Shown here piece after piece: positions 19,696-29,698 of a stretch of 64,000 nucleotides of DNA. The notes below the pieces were generated by a model, which saw only the letters and a list, made by a program, of their open reading frames with translations, had not been told where the DNA came from and made no database searches. How positions within the stretch are numbered: the stretch's first letter is position 1; each line of letters starts with the position of its first letter. The stretch is from Candidatus Omnitrophota bacterium. GTDB lineage: Bacteria > Omnitrophota > Gorgyraeia > Duberdicusellales > 4484-171. The stretch is taken from NCBI GenBank assembly GCA_021735655.1, contig JAIPGM010000005.1, forward strand, positions 1 through 64,000, read 5' to 3'. The position numbers and the translations under genes were made by a program.

Positions 19696-21027
19696 TTACA
19701 AAATTGAAAGATACTTATCCAATTCATATTGAGGAACTTGGATTTTATAATTATCCCACTCCTTCTTCTTTAACTCCACAAACCTGGGAAAAATATGTTC
19801 ACCGAGCACCTTTTTAACCAATTCACTCTCTTCGGTTATTGAAACTGCATGTCCCAAGCTATCCGGAAGAGTCTCAATGCCTTGATCTTTTCGCTCGGAA
19901 TCGCTAAGATGATACAAATTTTTCTCCATCGGATTAGGCACCTTATAGCCTTTTTCAATGCCTTCAAGCCCGGCATGAAGCATTGCTGCAAAGGTAAGAT
20001 AAGGGTTACATGCTGGATCGGCAGCCCGAAATTCACAACGAGTAGCCTTTTCTTGACCAGGATGGTACAAAGGAACTCTAACCAAGGCGCTTCGATTCCT
20101 ACGACTCCAAGCAATATAAACCGGAGCCTCATAACCAGGAACCAACCGCTTGTAAGAATTAGTAGTTTGAGCAAATATTGAACAAATTTCCTTGGAATGC
20201 TTAAGAAGTCCGGCTATATAGCTGTGACCAACCCCAGAAAGAAAATCTTCAGCCTTAGGATCAAAAAAGGCGTTCTTTTCGCCTTTAAACAGTGATTGAT
20301 GAACATGCATACCAGAACCATTTTCGCCAAATAAGGGTTTAGGCATAAAAGTAGCGTAAACTCCGAATTTGCTAGCGATTTCTTTTACTACCACTCGATA
20401 AGTTATTACATCATCAGCCATCTTTAATGCATCTTGATAACGCATGTCTACTTCATGTTGAGACGGTGCTACTTCATGATGTGAATACTCAACATGAATT
20501 CCCATTTTCTCTAAAGCCAACACTGTTTCTCTTCGTAGATCACTAGCAACATCAAGAGTGGTTAGATCAAAATAACCCCCTTTATCCAAAGTTTCAGTAT
20601 TATTTTCGCTTTTGAAATAAAAGAACTCTAGTTCGGGACCTAGATAGAAATGGTCAAATCCCATTTTTTTAGCCCGCTCCAAGGCTCTTTTTAAAACATA
20701 GCGCGGATCGCCAACATATGGCGTACGATCAGGATTAAGCACGTCACAAATCATTCGAGCAACTGCCTTTTCCCTCGGCCGCCAAGGCAATATTGCAAAA
20801 GTTTCCGGATCAGGCATAGCAATCATATCTGATTCTTCAATGTCCTGATAACCGGTAATCGAAGAGCCATCAAAACCCATACCATTTTCTAAAGCTCCCT
20901 CTAATTCATTATCGGTTATCGAAAAACTCTTTACCTGCCCTAGAATATCAGTAAACCATAAACGAATAAACTTAACATCATTCTCCTTAACCAGTTTTAA
21001 AATATCCTGCTTTGTTTTCTTAGCCAT
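19696..21027 (-). CDS. glnA: Glutamine synthetase type I (I-alpha-like, 443 aa).
   Basis: Canonical GS-I motifs (DGSS, KPLFGENGSGMHVHQSL, NPYLTFAAML). RBS cggagg before the ATG. Confidence 0.95.
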   Translation of the reverse strand: MAKKTKQDILKLVKENDVKFIRLWFTDILGQVKSFSITDNELEGALENGMGFDGSSITGYQDIEESDMIAMPDPETFAILPWRPREKAVARMICDVLNPDRTPYVGDPRYVLKRALERAKKMGFDHFYLGPELEFFYFKSENNTETLDKGGYFDLTTLDVASDLRRETVLALEKMGIHVEYSHHEVAPSQHEVDMRYQDALKMADDVITYRVVVKEIASKFGVYATFMPKPLFGENGSGMHVHQSLFKGEKNAFFDPKAEDFLSGVGHSYIAGLLKHSKEICSIFAQTTNSYKRLVPGYEAPVYIAWSRRNRSALVRVPLYHPGQEKATRCEFRAADPACNPYLTFAAMLHAGLEGIEKGYKVPNPMEKNLYHLSDSERKDQGIETLPDSLGHAVSITEESELVKKVLGEHIFPRFVELKKKEWDNYKIQVPQYELDKYLSIL

Positions 21028-21052
21028 CTTACACCTCCGTTTTGTTTATGCT

Positions 21053-21098
21053 CCTAAAAATAAAAATGGTGTCTTAAGCCCTAAGGCTTTAAAACACC
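21053..21098 (-). terminator. Intrinsic-terminator-like hairpin plus U-run between glnB and glnA, ending ~25 nt before the glnA start codon.
   Basis: Minus strand: GGUGUUUUAAAGCCUUAGGGCUUAAGACACC followed by AUUUUUAUUUUU, then RBS GGAGG and ATG. Two further hairpins sit upstream (21119-21133, 21140-21155). Confidence 0.55.
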
Positions 21099-21228
21099 AT
21101 TGTTTTGAAAGCTTTTTTGCACAAACTTTGTGCTTTTTTGGCTGAAATTTCAGCCCTCAATATATATAAGTAAAAAAATGGGTCTTTTGGTAACCTTTTT
21201 TTTAAAATTTTTTCCTGGCCCATAAAAT

Positions 21229-21570
21229 TTACCCTATAGCATCACTTCCTCGCTCTCCGGTCCTTATTCTAATGCACTCCGGTAAATCTAATACAAATAT
21301 CTTGCCATCACCGATTGTACCGGTTTTAGCCCCTTTAATTATCGCTTTAACCGTAGGTTCGACAAAATCCTTATTTACGGCTATTTCAAGACGCACTTTT
21401 TTTAAAAGATTAACCTCATGGATGACGCCCCTATAGGTTTCGGTGTAGCCTTTCTGCTGACCACAACCTAAAGCATTAGAAACAGTCATCTTGTGAACAT
21501 CGGCATCAAAGAGAGCCTGTTTAACATCTGATAATTTATGCGGCTGAATCATTGCAATTACTAACTTCAT
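21229..21570 (-). CDS. glnB: PII nitrogen regulatory protein.
   Basis: 113 aa GlnB/GlnK fold ([13 protein letters not shown]..., T-loop [12 protein letters not shown]). His replaces the Tyr51 uridylylation site. 14-nt gap after amt. Confidence 0.9.
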   Translation of the reverse strand: MKLVIAMIQPHKLSDVKQALFDADVHKMTVSNALGCGQQKGYTETYRGVIHEVNLLKKVRLEIAVNKDFVEPTVKAIIKGAKTGTIGDGKIFVLDLPECIRIRTGERGSDAIG

Positions 21571-21584
21571 GGTTTACCTCCCTG

Positions 21585-22931
21585 TTATTTAGTAGTAAAT
21601 ATTTCAAATCCAGAATAAGTCTCCATGCCATGCTGGGTGATATCTAAACCCTTTAACTCTTCTTCCCTGGATACTCTCAAGCCGATAAACCGGTCAATCA
21701 GCTTAAACACGGTAAACATCACAACTGACACAAAACTGACGACGGCTAAAACACCCAAAGCCTGAACGCCTAACTGAGCAATACCACCGCCATGAATCAA
21801 ACCATCGCGGGCTAAACCCAATGATTTATGGCCAAAAATACCAACAGCTAAAGTACCCCAAACACCATTCATCATATGTACCGGAACCGCTCCCACCGGA
21901 TCATCAACTCTAATCTTATCAAGAAAAACAGTGCCGACAACCACAATAATACCGCCGATAGCTCCAATAATCATAGCCTCTAAAGGAGTTACAAAGGCAC
22001 AAGGCGCAGTTATCGCCACCAAACCGGCTAAAGCTCCGTTCATAGTCATAGTTAAATCCGGCTTGCCAAACTTTTTCCAGTTAAAAAACATAGCCGATAA
22101 AGCTCCCGCAACTGCAGCCATATTAGTAGTAACAGCAACATGAGCTATTTGACTGCCATCGCCAACACTCAAAGTTGAACCGGGATTAAAACCAAACCAA
22201 GCAAACCATAAAATTAAGGTCCCCAACGATGCTAAAGTCATAGAATGCCCCTCAATAGCATTGGCTGATCCATCTTTATTGAACTTACCAATACGCGGCC
22301 TCAATACAATTGTCCCCATAAGGGCTGCTGTGCCGCCTACAGCGTGAACTACGCTCGATCCGGCAAAATCGGCAAAATTTAAATTACTGAGCCAACCGCC
22401 GCCCCAAATCCAATGGCCAATTATCGGATAAACTGTGGCTGAAATTAAAAATGAATATATAAGATACGCTTTAAACTTCATTCTTTCGGCTACACCACCA
22501 GCAACTATAGTTGCTGCGGCTCCGCAGAATACAGCGTGAAAAAACCAAGCCGCATAGAGAGGCAAATGTCCATCATGAGCGGCATTAACCATAAACCAAC
22601 CCTTAAAGCCCATAAAACCATTTCCGGCGCCAAACATTATGGCATAACCAAATATGAAAAATCCCACAGAAGCCATACAAAAATCTAAAAAGTTATTCAT
22701 CAACACATTACAAGTATTTTTAGCCCTAATTAACCCCGCTTCCAACATACCAAATCCAGCCTGCATGATAAAAACCATGAAGGCTGCAATCATAACCCAA
22801 AGAGTATCAATTCCAGCTACCGTAGCGTAAGCCGTATTCTCATCGGCAAAAACCGACCCTAAAGCCACGGAACTAATTACTCCTAAAAATAATACCGCCG
22901 AAACTAACTTTTTAATTTTTTTTATCTTCAT
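21585..22931 (-). CDS. amt: Ammonium transporter (Amt family), copy 1.
   Basis: 448 aa with signal peptide and 11 TM helices. Amt signatures; 60-70 % similar to copy 2. Confidence 0.92.
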   Translation of the reverse strand: MKIKKIKKLVSAVLFLGVISSVALGSVFADENTAYATVAGIDTLWVMIAAFMVFIMQAGFGMLEAGLIRAKNTCNVLMNNFLDFCMASVGFFIFGYAIMFGAGNGFMGFKGWFMVNAAHDGHLPLYAAWFFHAVFCGAAATIVAGGVAERMKFKAYLIYSFLISATVYPIIGHWIWGGGWLSNLNFADFAGSSVVHAVGGTAALMGTIVLRPRIGKFNKDGSANAIEGHSMTLASLGTLILWFAWFGFNPGSTLSVGDGSQIAHVAVTTNMAAVAGALSAMFFNWKKFGKPDLTMTMNGALAGLVAITAPCAFVTPLEAMIIGAIGGIIVVVGTVFLDKIRVDDPVGAVPVHMMNGVWGTLAVGIFGHKSLGLARDGLIHGGGIAQLGVQALGVLAVVSFVSVVMFTVFKLIDRFIGLRVSREEELKGLDITQHGMETYSGFEIFTTK

Positions 22932-22982
22932 CTACGTCCCCCCTTTTTTATTCGTACCGAATGGAACTTATTTTGTTTTTAT

Positions 22983-24329
22983 TTATTGAGTAGTAAAAAT
23001 TTGAAACCCTGAGTATGCTTCCATACCATGCTCATCGATATCTAAACCTTTTAACTCTTCTTCTTTGGATACTCTTAAGCCTATAGTAGCTTTAACTATT
23101 TTAAAAAGGATCAAAGCTGTACCAAACACCCAAGCAAACACCGACACAACACCAATTAGCTGAGTAATAAATTGGCCTATACCCCCACCAAAAAATAAAC
23201 CATCAACTCCACCATAAGATTTTTGGGCAAATAATCCTGCAGACAGTGTCCCCCAAGCGCCACACACACCATGAACCGATACGGCGCCGACCGGATCATC
23301 GATATGAAGCACCTTGTCTATAAATTCAACACTCAACACAACAAGAATGCCGCCGATAGCGCCAATTATGATTGCGCTTAAGGGTGAAACGTTAGCACAA
23401 GGAGCAGTTATCGCTACCAATCCAGCAAGTGCACCATTTAAAGCCATGCTAGTATCCGGCTTACCAAATCTTATCCAAGCCGTAAACATAGCTGCAGTAG
23501 CTCCGGCTGCAGCTGCTAAATTTGTAGTTACCGCAATTACAGCAATACTTAAATCTGTCCCCGCAGTTGTGCTTCCGGCATTAAATCCAAACCATCCAAA
23601 CCAAAGAATAAACACACCCAAAGCTGCCAAAGGGATACTATGACCAGGAATAGCATTTGATGAACCATCTTTATTATATTTGCCAAGTCTAGGGCCAAGC
23701 ATCATTGCTCCGGCTAAAGCTGCCCAACCGCCGACCGAATGAACCACAGTTGAACCAGCAAAGTCAATCATTCCCTTAGCTGATAACCAGCCACCACCCC
23801 AAATCCAATGTCCGGCAACCGGATAAATTATGGCCGTAATAAAAACACTGTACCAAAGATAACCGCTGAACTTTGTTCTTTCAGCCATAGCTCCGGAAAC
23901 TATTGTGGCCGCGGTAGCGGCAAACACTACTTGAAACATCCAAAAAGCAAATTGCCACAAACCATCAGCAGTAGCCGGATTAGCTGCACTCAAAAAAAAT
24001 CCGTCTTTGCCAAAAAGGCCAAAAGTACTGGTTCCAAACATTATGCCAAAGCCAACAGCCCAATAGGTAATTGAACCAACTGAAAAATCCATAAGGTTCT
24101 TCATCATAATGTTACAAGCATTTTTGGCCCGGGTAAAACCGGTCTCAACCATGGCAAAGCCGGCTTGCATAAAAAATACCAAGAATGCTGCGACCAAAAC
24201 CCATACTGTATCAATAGAAACAGCGTTGCTGGCTGAAGTTGCCTCCTCAGCAAAAGCCGAGAAGCTCAACCCCAATAGCACAATACCGATACTAAACATT
24301 AATGATAATTTTTTTAGTTTTATTAACAT
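22983..24329 (-). CDS. amt: Ammonium transporter (Amt family), copy 2.
   Basis: 448 aa with signal peptide, an Amt-family paralog, in tandem with copy 1. Confidence 0.92.
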   Translation of the reverse strand: MLIKLKKLSLMFSIGIVLLGLSFSAFAEEATSASNAVSIDTVWVLVAAFLVFFMQAGFAMVETGFTRAKNACNIMMKNLMDFSVGSITYWAVGFGIMFGTSTFGLFGKDGFFLSAANPATADGLWQFAFWMFQVVFAATAATIVSGAMAERTKFSGYLWYSVFITAIIYPVAGHWIWGGGWLSAKGMIDFAGSTVVHSVGGWAALAGAMMLGPRLGKYNKDGSSNAIPGHSIPLAALGVFILWFGWFGFNAGSTTAGTDLSIAVIAVTTNLAAAAGATAAMFTAWIRFGKPDTSMALNGALAGLVAITAPCANVSPLSAIIIGAIGGILVVLSVEFIDKVLHIDDPVGAVSVHGVCGAWGTLSAGLFAQKSYGGVDGLFFGGGIGQFITQLIGVVSVFAWVFGTALILFKIVKATIGLRVSKEEELKGLDIDEHGMEAYSGFQIFTTQ

Positions 24330-24344
24330 AAGGATACCTCTCTC

Positions 24345-25136
24345 TTAGAATCCGTAGCTAACTTCAAAACCACCCCATAATTCTTCATCACCATTATTAA
24401 TCTCTTCTTCATGATTAATCGTATAGTGCAAACTAGGAGTTAGACTGAAACCACCCAAAGCATAAGAAGTTGATAATGAAAGTTCAGTCGCATAAAGCGA
24501 GCTAGGTTCAAGATCGGCAACTCCGTCATTGCCCCAGTTAACTACTCCTAAGGCAAGAGTTTGTCCTTCTTGAATTAAAGAATGCTTCAGAAGCGGGAGT
24601 TCAGCATCAAAACCCCAAGAATAATACCAACCCTCATCAGGACCACCGGATTTGGCTTGAAAATCATAGCCGGCAAAAAAGCTTGCTGAAACGTCAATTG
24701 GAAGAAAAGGTATTTTATTCAAGGTTCCGGAAAGCCAAGACTCAGAAACATCAGCCGTGCTGGCTGTATTAGGAAAGTCAAAGTAAGTATATCCGGTTGA
24801 AAAATTAAATTGATCATCGAATAGATCTCGAGAAAAAGTTACAGTATAATCAAGCTCTTCGCCGTCTTCATGCCCACTATTCATCGGAAATGATCCCCAG
24901 ACATTGAATGAAAGGTCAACCCCATCGATAAGCCCAGGAAATCCAATATCAATACTCGGCTGGTGTGCTCCATCATTATCGCTATAGAGATCTTGCCCAC
25001 GCCAGATATATCTAGAAACATAAGTATCAGTTACGGTAACCTCAACCGGCTGGCCAGCAAACTCAAAAGCATAAATATCCCCTAAAAAAATAACACTAAA
25101 TATTATATTCATTAACCAAACTGATATTTTTTTCAT
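24345..25136 (-). CDS. Putative outer-membrane beta-barrel protein (porin-like), first gene of the amt operon.
   Basis: Signal peptide, alternating amphipathic beta-strand pattern, aromatic-rich, C-terminal ...SYGF. 15-nt gap to amt. Confidence 0.6.
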   Translation of the reverse strand: MKKISVWLMNIIFSVIFLGDIYAFEFAGQPVEVTVTDTYVSRYIWRGQDLYSDNDGAHQPSIDIGFPGLIDGVDLSFNVWGSFPMNSGHEDGEELDYTVTFSRDLFDDQFNFSTGYTYFDFPNTASTADVSESWLSGTLNKIPFLPIDVSASFFAGYDFQAKSGGPDEGWYYSWGFDAELPLLKHSLIQEGQTLALGVVNWGNDGVADLEPSSLYATELSLSTSYALGGFSLTPSLHYTINHEEEINNGDEELWGGFEVSYGF

Positions 25137-25149
25137 AATTTTCTCCCTT

Positions 25150-25200
25150 AAAAATAAAAAAGCGCATTATTCCAAATATCCACCTTTGGAATAACACGCC
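25150..25200 (-). terminator. Intrinsic-terminator-like hairpin plus U-run in the 5' leader immediately upstream of the OMP-amt operon RBS.
   Basis: On the minus strand: GCGUGUUAUUCCAAA-(loop)-UUUGGAAUAAUGCGC (~14 bp stem) followed by UUUUUUAUUUUU, then the RBS AAGGGAG and ATG. There is no room for a promoter between the terminator and the start. Confidence 0.6.
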
Positions 25201-25245
25201 TTTGTGTTTTTACTTAACCTCTACAATCAATTAAGTAAAAAAACT

Positions 25246-25758
25246 CTATCTTTGGTAACCTTTATTTTTCCATTTTTGAACTATTTTCTTTTTATGCTTA
25301 ATAATCATAACATGAGAACAATCAAGCTCTTTGGCTATTTCACGAACAGTATATCCTTTCAACAAATAAGACAAAACCGATTTATCCTTATCAGTTAAAC
25401 CTAAACTATTAATTTCATCAATCGTAAGATTATGATCTATATTTGGTATAAAGTCGGCTTTTTCATCCTTAAGAATATCGCCCAAGGTTTGTCCATTAGG
25501 AGAAATTAACTTATCCAAGCTTGAAATATTCGCCTTAGGCCTACCTTTTCTTAAGAAATTCTGTAGATGAAACTCACAGCCCTTAATTACATAGGCTTGA
25601 TTAATGCCGATCGGCAACCCATTAGAATAATTTTCCCAAAGATAAAGACACATCTCTTGGTATAGATCTTCCTCACTATAAAAACCACGCAGCAAATGCT
25701 TGCGTGCAACAAATCTTAAGCTGGGAGTTATTTTTTCTAATAATATCCTAAAGTCCAT
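25246..25758 (-). CDS. Small sigma-70-family (ECF-like) sigma factor or sigma-like regulator.
   Basis: 170 aa. Region-2-like DLYQEMCLYLWENY. Region-4 HTH LLKGYTVREIAKELDCSHVMIIKHKKKI. Confidence 0.6.
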   Translation of the reverse strand: MDFRILLEKITPSLRFVARKHLLRGFYSEEDLYQEMCLYLWENYSNGLPIGINQAYVIKGCEFHLQNFLRKGRPKANISSLDKLISPNGQTLGDILKDEKADFIPNIDHNLTIDEINSLGLTDKDKSVLSYLLKGYTVREIAKELDCSHVMIIKHKKKIVQKWKNKGYQR

Positions 25759-25777
25759 AAACTTTACCCCTGAAAGT

Positions 25778-25818
25778 CAAAAAGCCCCCATTAGACTTCT
25801 TATTGTCTAGTGAGGGCT
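25778..25818 (-). terminator. Terminator/attenuator-like hairpin in the leader of the sigma-like gene.
   Basis: On the minus strand: AGCCCUCACUAGAC-(loop)-GUCUAAUGGGGGCU (13/14 pairs) followed by UUUUUG. It lies 20 nt upstream of the RBS and downstream of a candidate extended -10. Confidence 0.55.
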
Positions 25819-25848
25819 TCTTTGCCAAAATTAACTTCTTTGTTATTA

Positions 25849-25884
25849 ATTTATACCATGTAAAGTAAAAATCTATTTGTCAAG
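25849..25884 (-). promoter_or_regulatory. Candidate promoter: TTGACA-like -35 and extended -10 TGgTATAAAT on the minus strand, upstream of the leader hairpin.
   Basis: cttgacaa ... catggtataaat read on the minus strand. The 22-nt spacer is non-canonical, so the call rests on the extended -10. Confidence 0.3.
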
Positions 25885-27228
<1,344 letters not shown>

Positions 27229-27323
27229 TTAACTTTTACCAATAAATACTATAACTAACTAGAACAAATGCTCCAAGGGTATGATCCATCTTCCATCTTT
27301 ACTAAATCTTTCCATAAAGTTCT

Positions 27324-28721
27324 CTACCATTTACCTGTTTCTAAATACTGATCAATTGCCAAAGCAGCGGCTTTTCCAGCCCCCATAGCTAAGATTACCG
27401 TAGCTGCACCAGTAGCAATATCTCCTCCGGCAAAAACCCCTTTTTTGCTGGTTTTGCCGGTGTCAGTATCGACTACGATATTTCCCTTTCTTCCTATTTC
27501 AAGACCACTAGTTGTAGAAGGAATCAAGGGATTCGGGCTATTGCCAATAGCTACAACCACTAAATCTACCGGAAGCTTAAAATTTGAGCCCTCGATCGGA
27601 ACTGGACGCCGGCGACCTGAAGTATCCGGTTCACCCAAATCCATTCGCAAACATTCCATATCTTTTACCCAACCTTTTTCATCAGCATGATAGGCAATCG
27701 GCAGGGTTAGAAACTCAAAGATTACTCCTTCTTCTTCGGCATGATGGATCTCTTCTTCTCTAGCCGGCATCTCCTTACGTGAGCGCCGATAGATAATCCT
27801 AGCTTCTTCTGCACCTAAGCGAAGGGCGGTTCTTACTGAATCCATAGCTACATTACCACCACCAATCACAGCAACGTGTTTTCCTTTTATGATTGGAGTA
27901 TCATATTCAGGAAACTTATAGGCCTTCATTAAATTTACTCGAGTTAAATACTCATTGGCCGAATATATACCGTTAGAGTTTTCACCGGGTAAGTCCATAA
28001 ACCAAGGTAAACCAGCCCCGCTACCGATAAATACCGCATCAAATTCATTTAATAGCTCATCTACAGTTTCAAGTTTTCCAACCACAAAGGAAGTTACTAC
28101 TTCCACCCCTAAAGACTTTATATATTCAACCTCTCGTTCAACTACCTTTTTCGGTAAACGAAACTCAGGAATCCCATATATTAACACCCCGCCCATCTTA
28201 TGCAGGGCTTCAAATATTTTTACCTTATGCCCTAATTTAGCTAACTCGCCAGCCACAGTAAGCCCGGCTGGGCCGCCGCCAACTACAGCTACCTTTTTAC
28301 CGGAAGAAGCAACTTTTCTAGGAGCTTCTCGGTTGGTTTGCTCTGCCTCCCAATCAGCGATAAACCGCTCTAGGCGGCCGATACCTACTGGTTCGCCCAT
28401 TTTAGATAATATACAAACCTTCTGGCACTGCTCCTCCTGAGGACAAACTCTACCGCAGATTGCTGGAAGACTATTAGTTTCCTTCATCTTCTTTATTGAG
28501 CCCTTTAAATCTCCCTTAGCAATTAAATCGATAAAGCCGGGGATATCGATACCCACCGGACAACCATCTATACATAAGGGTTTTTTACATTGTAAACAAC
28601 GCTTAGCTTCGCAAATAGCTTCATCAAGCGAATAACCATAAGGCACTTCTTTAAAGTTATTTCTTCGCTCGGACGGATCCTGTTCGCGCATTGGTACCAT
28701 TTTAGGGTCAGGTTTATTCAT
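27324..28721 (-). CDS. GltD-like NAD(P)H oxidoreductase subunit: NfnB / SudA-type (GOGAT small-subunit homolog).
   Basis: 465 aa with Cys clusters CLQCKKPLCIDGCP and CGRVCP, and VAVVGGGPAGL. Paired with a PyrK-like subunit. A genuine gltBD is present elsewhere in the window, so NfnAB is more likely than GOGAT. Confidence 0.75.
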   Translation of the reverse strand: MNKPDPKMVPMREQDPSERRNNFKEVPYGYSLDEAICEAKRCLQCKKPLCIDGCPVGIDIPGFIDLIAKGDLKGSIKKMKETNSLPAICGRVCPQEEQCQKVCILSKMGEPVGIGRLERFIADWEAEQTNREAPRKVASSGKKVAVVGGGPAGLTVAGELAKLGHKVKIFEALHKMGGVLIYGIPEFRLPKKVVEREVEYIKSLGVEVVTSFVVGKLETVDELLNEFDAVFIGSGAGLPWFMDLPGENSNGIYSANEYLTRVNLMKAYKFPEYDTPIIKGKHVAVIGGGNVAMDSVRTALRLGAEEARIIYRRSRKEMPAREEEIHHAEEEGVIFEFLTLPIAYHADEKGWVKDMECLRMDLGEPDTSGRRRPVPIEGSNFKLPVDLVVVAIGNSPNPLIPSTTSGLEIGRKGNIVVDTDTGKTSKKGVFAGGDIATGAATVILAMGAGKAAALAIDQYLETGKW

Positions 28722-29547
28722 TGTTAATTTGCTTATTTAATTTGCACATTGACTTATCCTCATGCTGCAAAAATCTCTTCTGCCTGGTCATCAACTCATT
28801 AAAATCTACCTTGTGTCCGTCAAAGTCCGGGCCATCAACACAGGTAAACTTAGTTTTATTATTAACCGTAACTCGACAGCCACCGCACATACCAGTTCCG
28901 TCAATCATAATTGCATTAAGACAAACTATAGTTTCTATCTTGTATCCTCTAGTTAAATCAGAAACCGCCTTCATCATTACAACTGGCCCAACACAAAATA
29001 CCAAACCCCAGTCTGAACTTTCACTAAGCAAGCGCTTTAAAGGATCGATTACCAGGCCTTTTTCACCAAGTGAGCCATCATCAGTAGTAATATAAAGCTG
29101 GTCTGAAAACTCCTTAACCTGATCGCGCAAGATCACTAACTTTTCAGTGCGGCCGCCTAAAATTGAGCTTATCTCACACCCAGCTTTTTTAAAAGCCTTA
29201 ACTACCGGCAAAAGCTCAGCAATACCTACACCGCCACCGACAACAATAACCTTTCCATAATTCTTAATCTCTGTGGGTTTGCCTAAGGGTCCGACTAAAG
29301 AATAAAGTGAATCTCCAACTGCTAGTTTACCAAGCAACTTAGTAGTGTAGCCTACCTCTTGAAAAATAATTGTAATCAACCCTTTTTCTTTATCGACATC
29401 AACAATAGTCAAAGGAATACGTTCACCAGCCTCATTAACCATCAACACAACAAACTGACCGGGTAATGCCTTTTTGGCAATAAGCGGTGATTGGATAACA
29501 AACTTGGTTAAATCTTTAGCAATCGACTCTTTAACGATAATTTTCAC
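28714..29547 (-). CDS. PyrK/ferredoxin-NADP reductase-like FAD/[2Fe-2S] subunit (NfnA / SudB-type).
   Basis: 277 aa. FAD/NAD-binding fold and C-terminal CGGC...C cluster. Eight-nucleotide overlap with the GltD-like gene. Confidence 0.75.
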   Translation of the reverse strand: MKIIVKESIAKDLTKFVIQSPLIAKKALPGQFVVLMVNEAGERIPLTIVDVDKEKGLITIIFQEVGYTTKLLGKLAVGDSLYSLVGPLGKPTEIKNYGKVIVVGGGVGIAELLPVVKAFKKAGCEISSILGGRTEKLVILRDQVKEFSDQLYITTDDGSLGEKGLVIDPLKRLLSESSDWGLVFCVGPVVMMKAVSDLTRGYKIETIVCLNAIMIDGTGMCGGCRVTVNNKTKFTCVDGPDFDGHKVDFNELMTRQKRFLQHEDKSMCKLNKQINNE

Positions 29548-29639
29548 TCTTGTCTCCCCTTACCCTTACATTCTGTCAATTTTTCAAAAATAGCACAGAA
29601 AATAAAAAAACGCCTTTTCTTTGCGCTGCTGTGCAAAAA

Positions 29640-29672
29640 AAAGACGTCCTTGTCTCCTGTATAAATATACCA
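29640..29672 (-). promoter_or_regulatory. Candidate sigma70-like promoter (TTGACA-16-TATATT) upstream of the nfnA-nfnB-gdhA unit.
   Basis: Minus strand: cacTTGACAattcgatttagattggTATATTtatac, about 100 nt upstream of the nfnA start, followed by a structured leader. Confidence 0.4.
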
Positions 29673-29698
29673 ATCTAAATCGAATTGTCAAGTGATTT

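Noticed and set aside
19836-20181. Two overlapping ~110-aa ORFs on both strands inside glnA.
   Set aside because: They are embedded in the strongly conserved glnA frame and are typical shadow ORFs of AT-rich DNA.
21119-21133. Plus-strand reading of GCACAAACTTTGTGC-TTTTTT as a terminator for a plus-strand transcript.
   Set aside because: There is no plus-strand gene upstream for >19 kb. It is more sensibly part of the minus-strand glnB-glnA leader structure.
22932-22982. Hairpin (AUUCGGUACGAAU) between the two amt genes.
   Set aside because: The stem is short and is followed by an A-run, not a U-run, on the coding strand. It does not look like a terminator.
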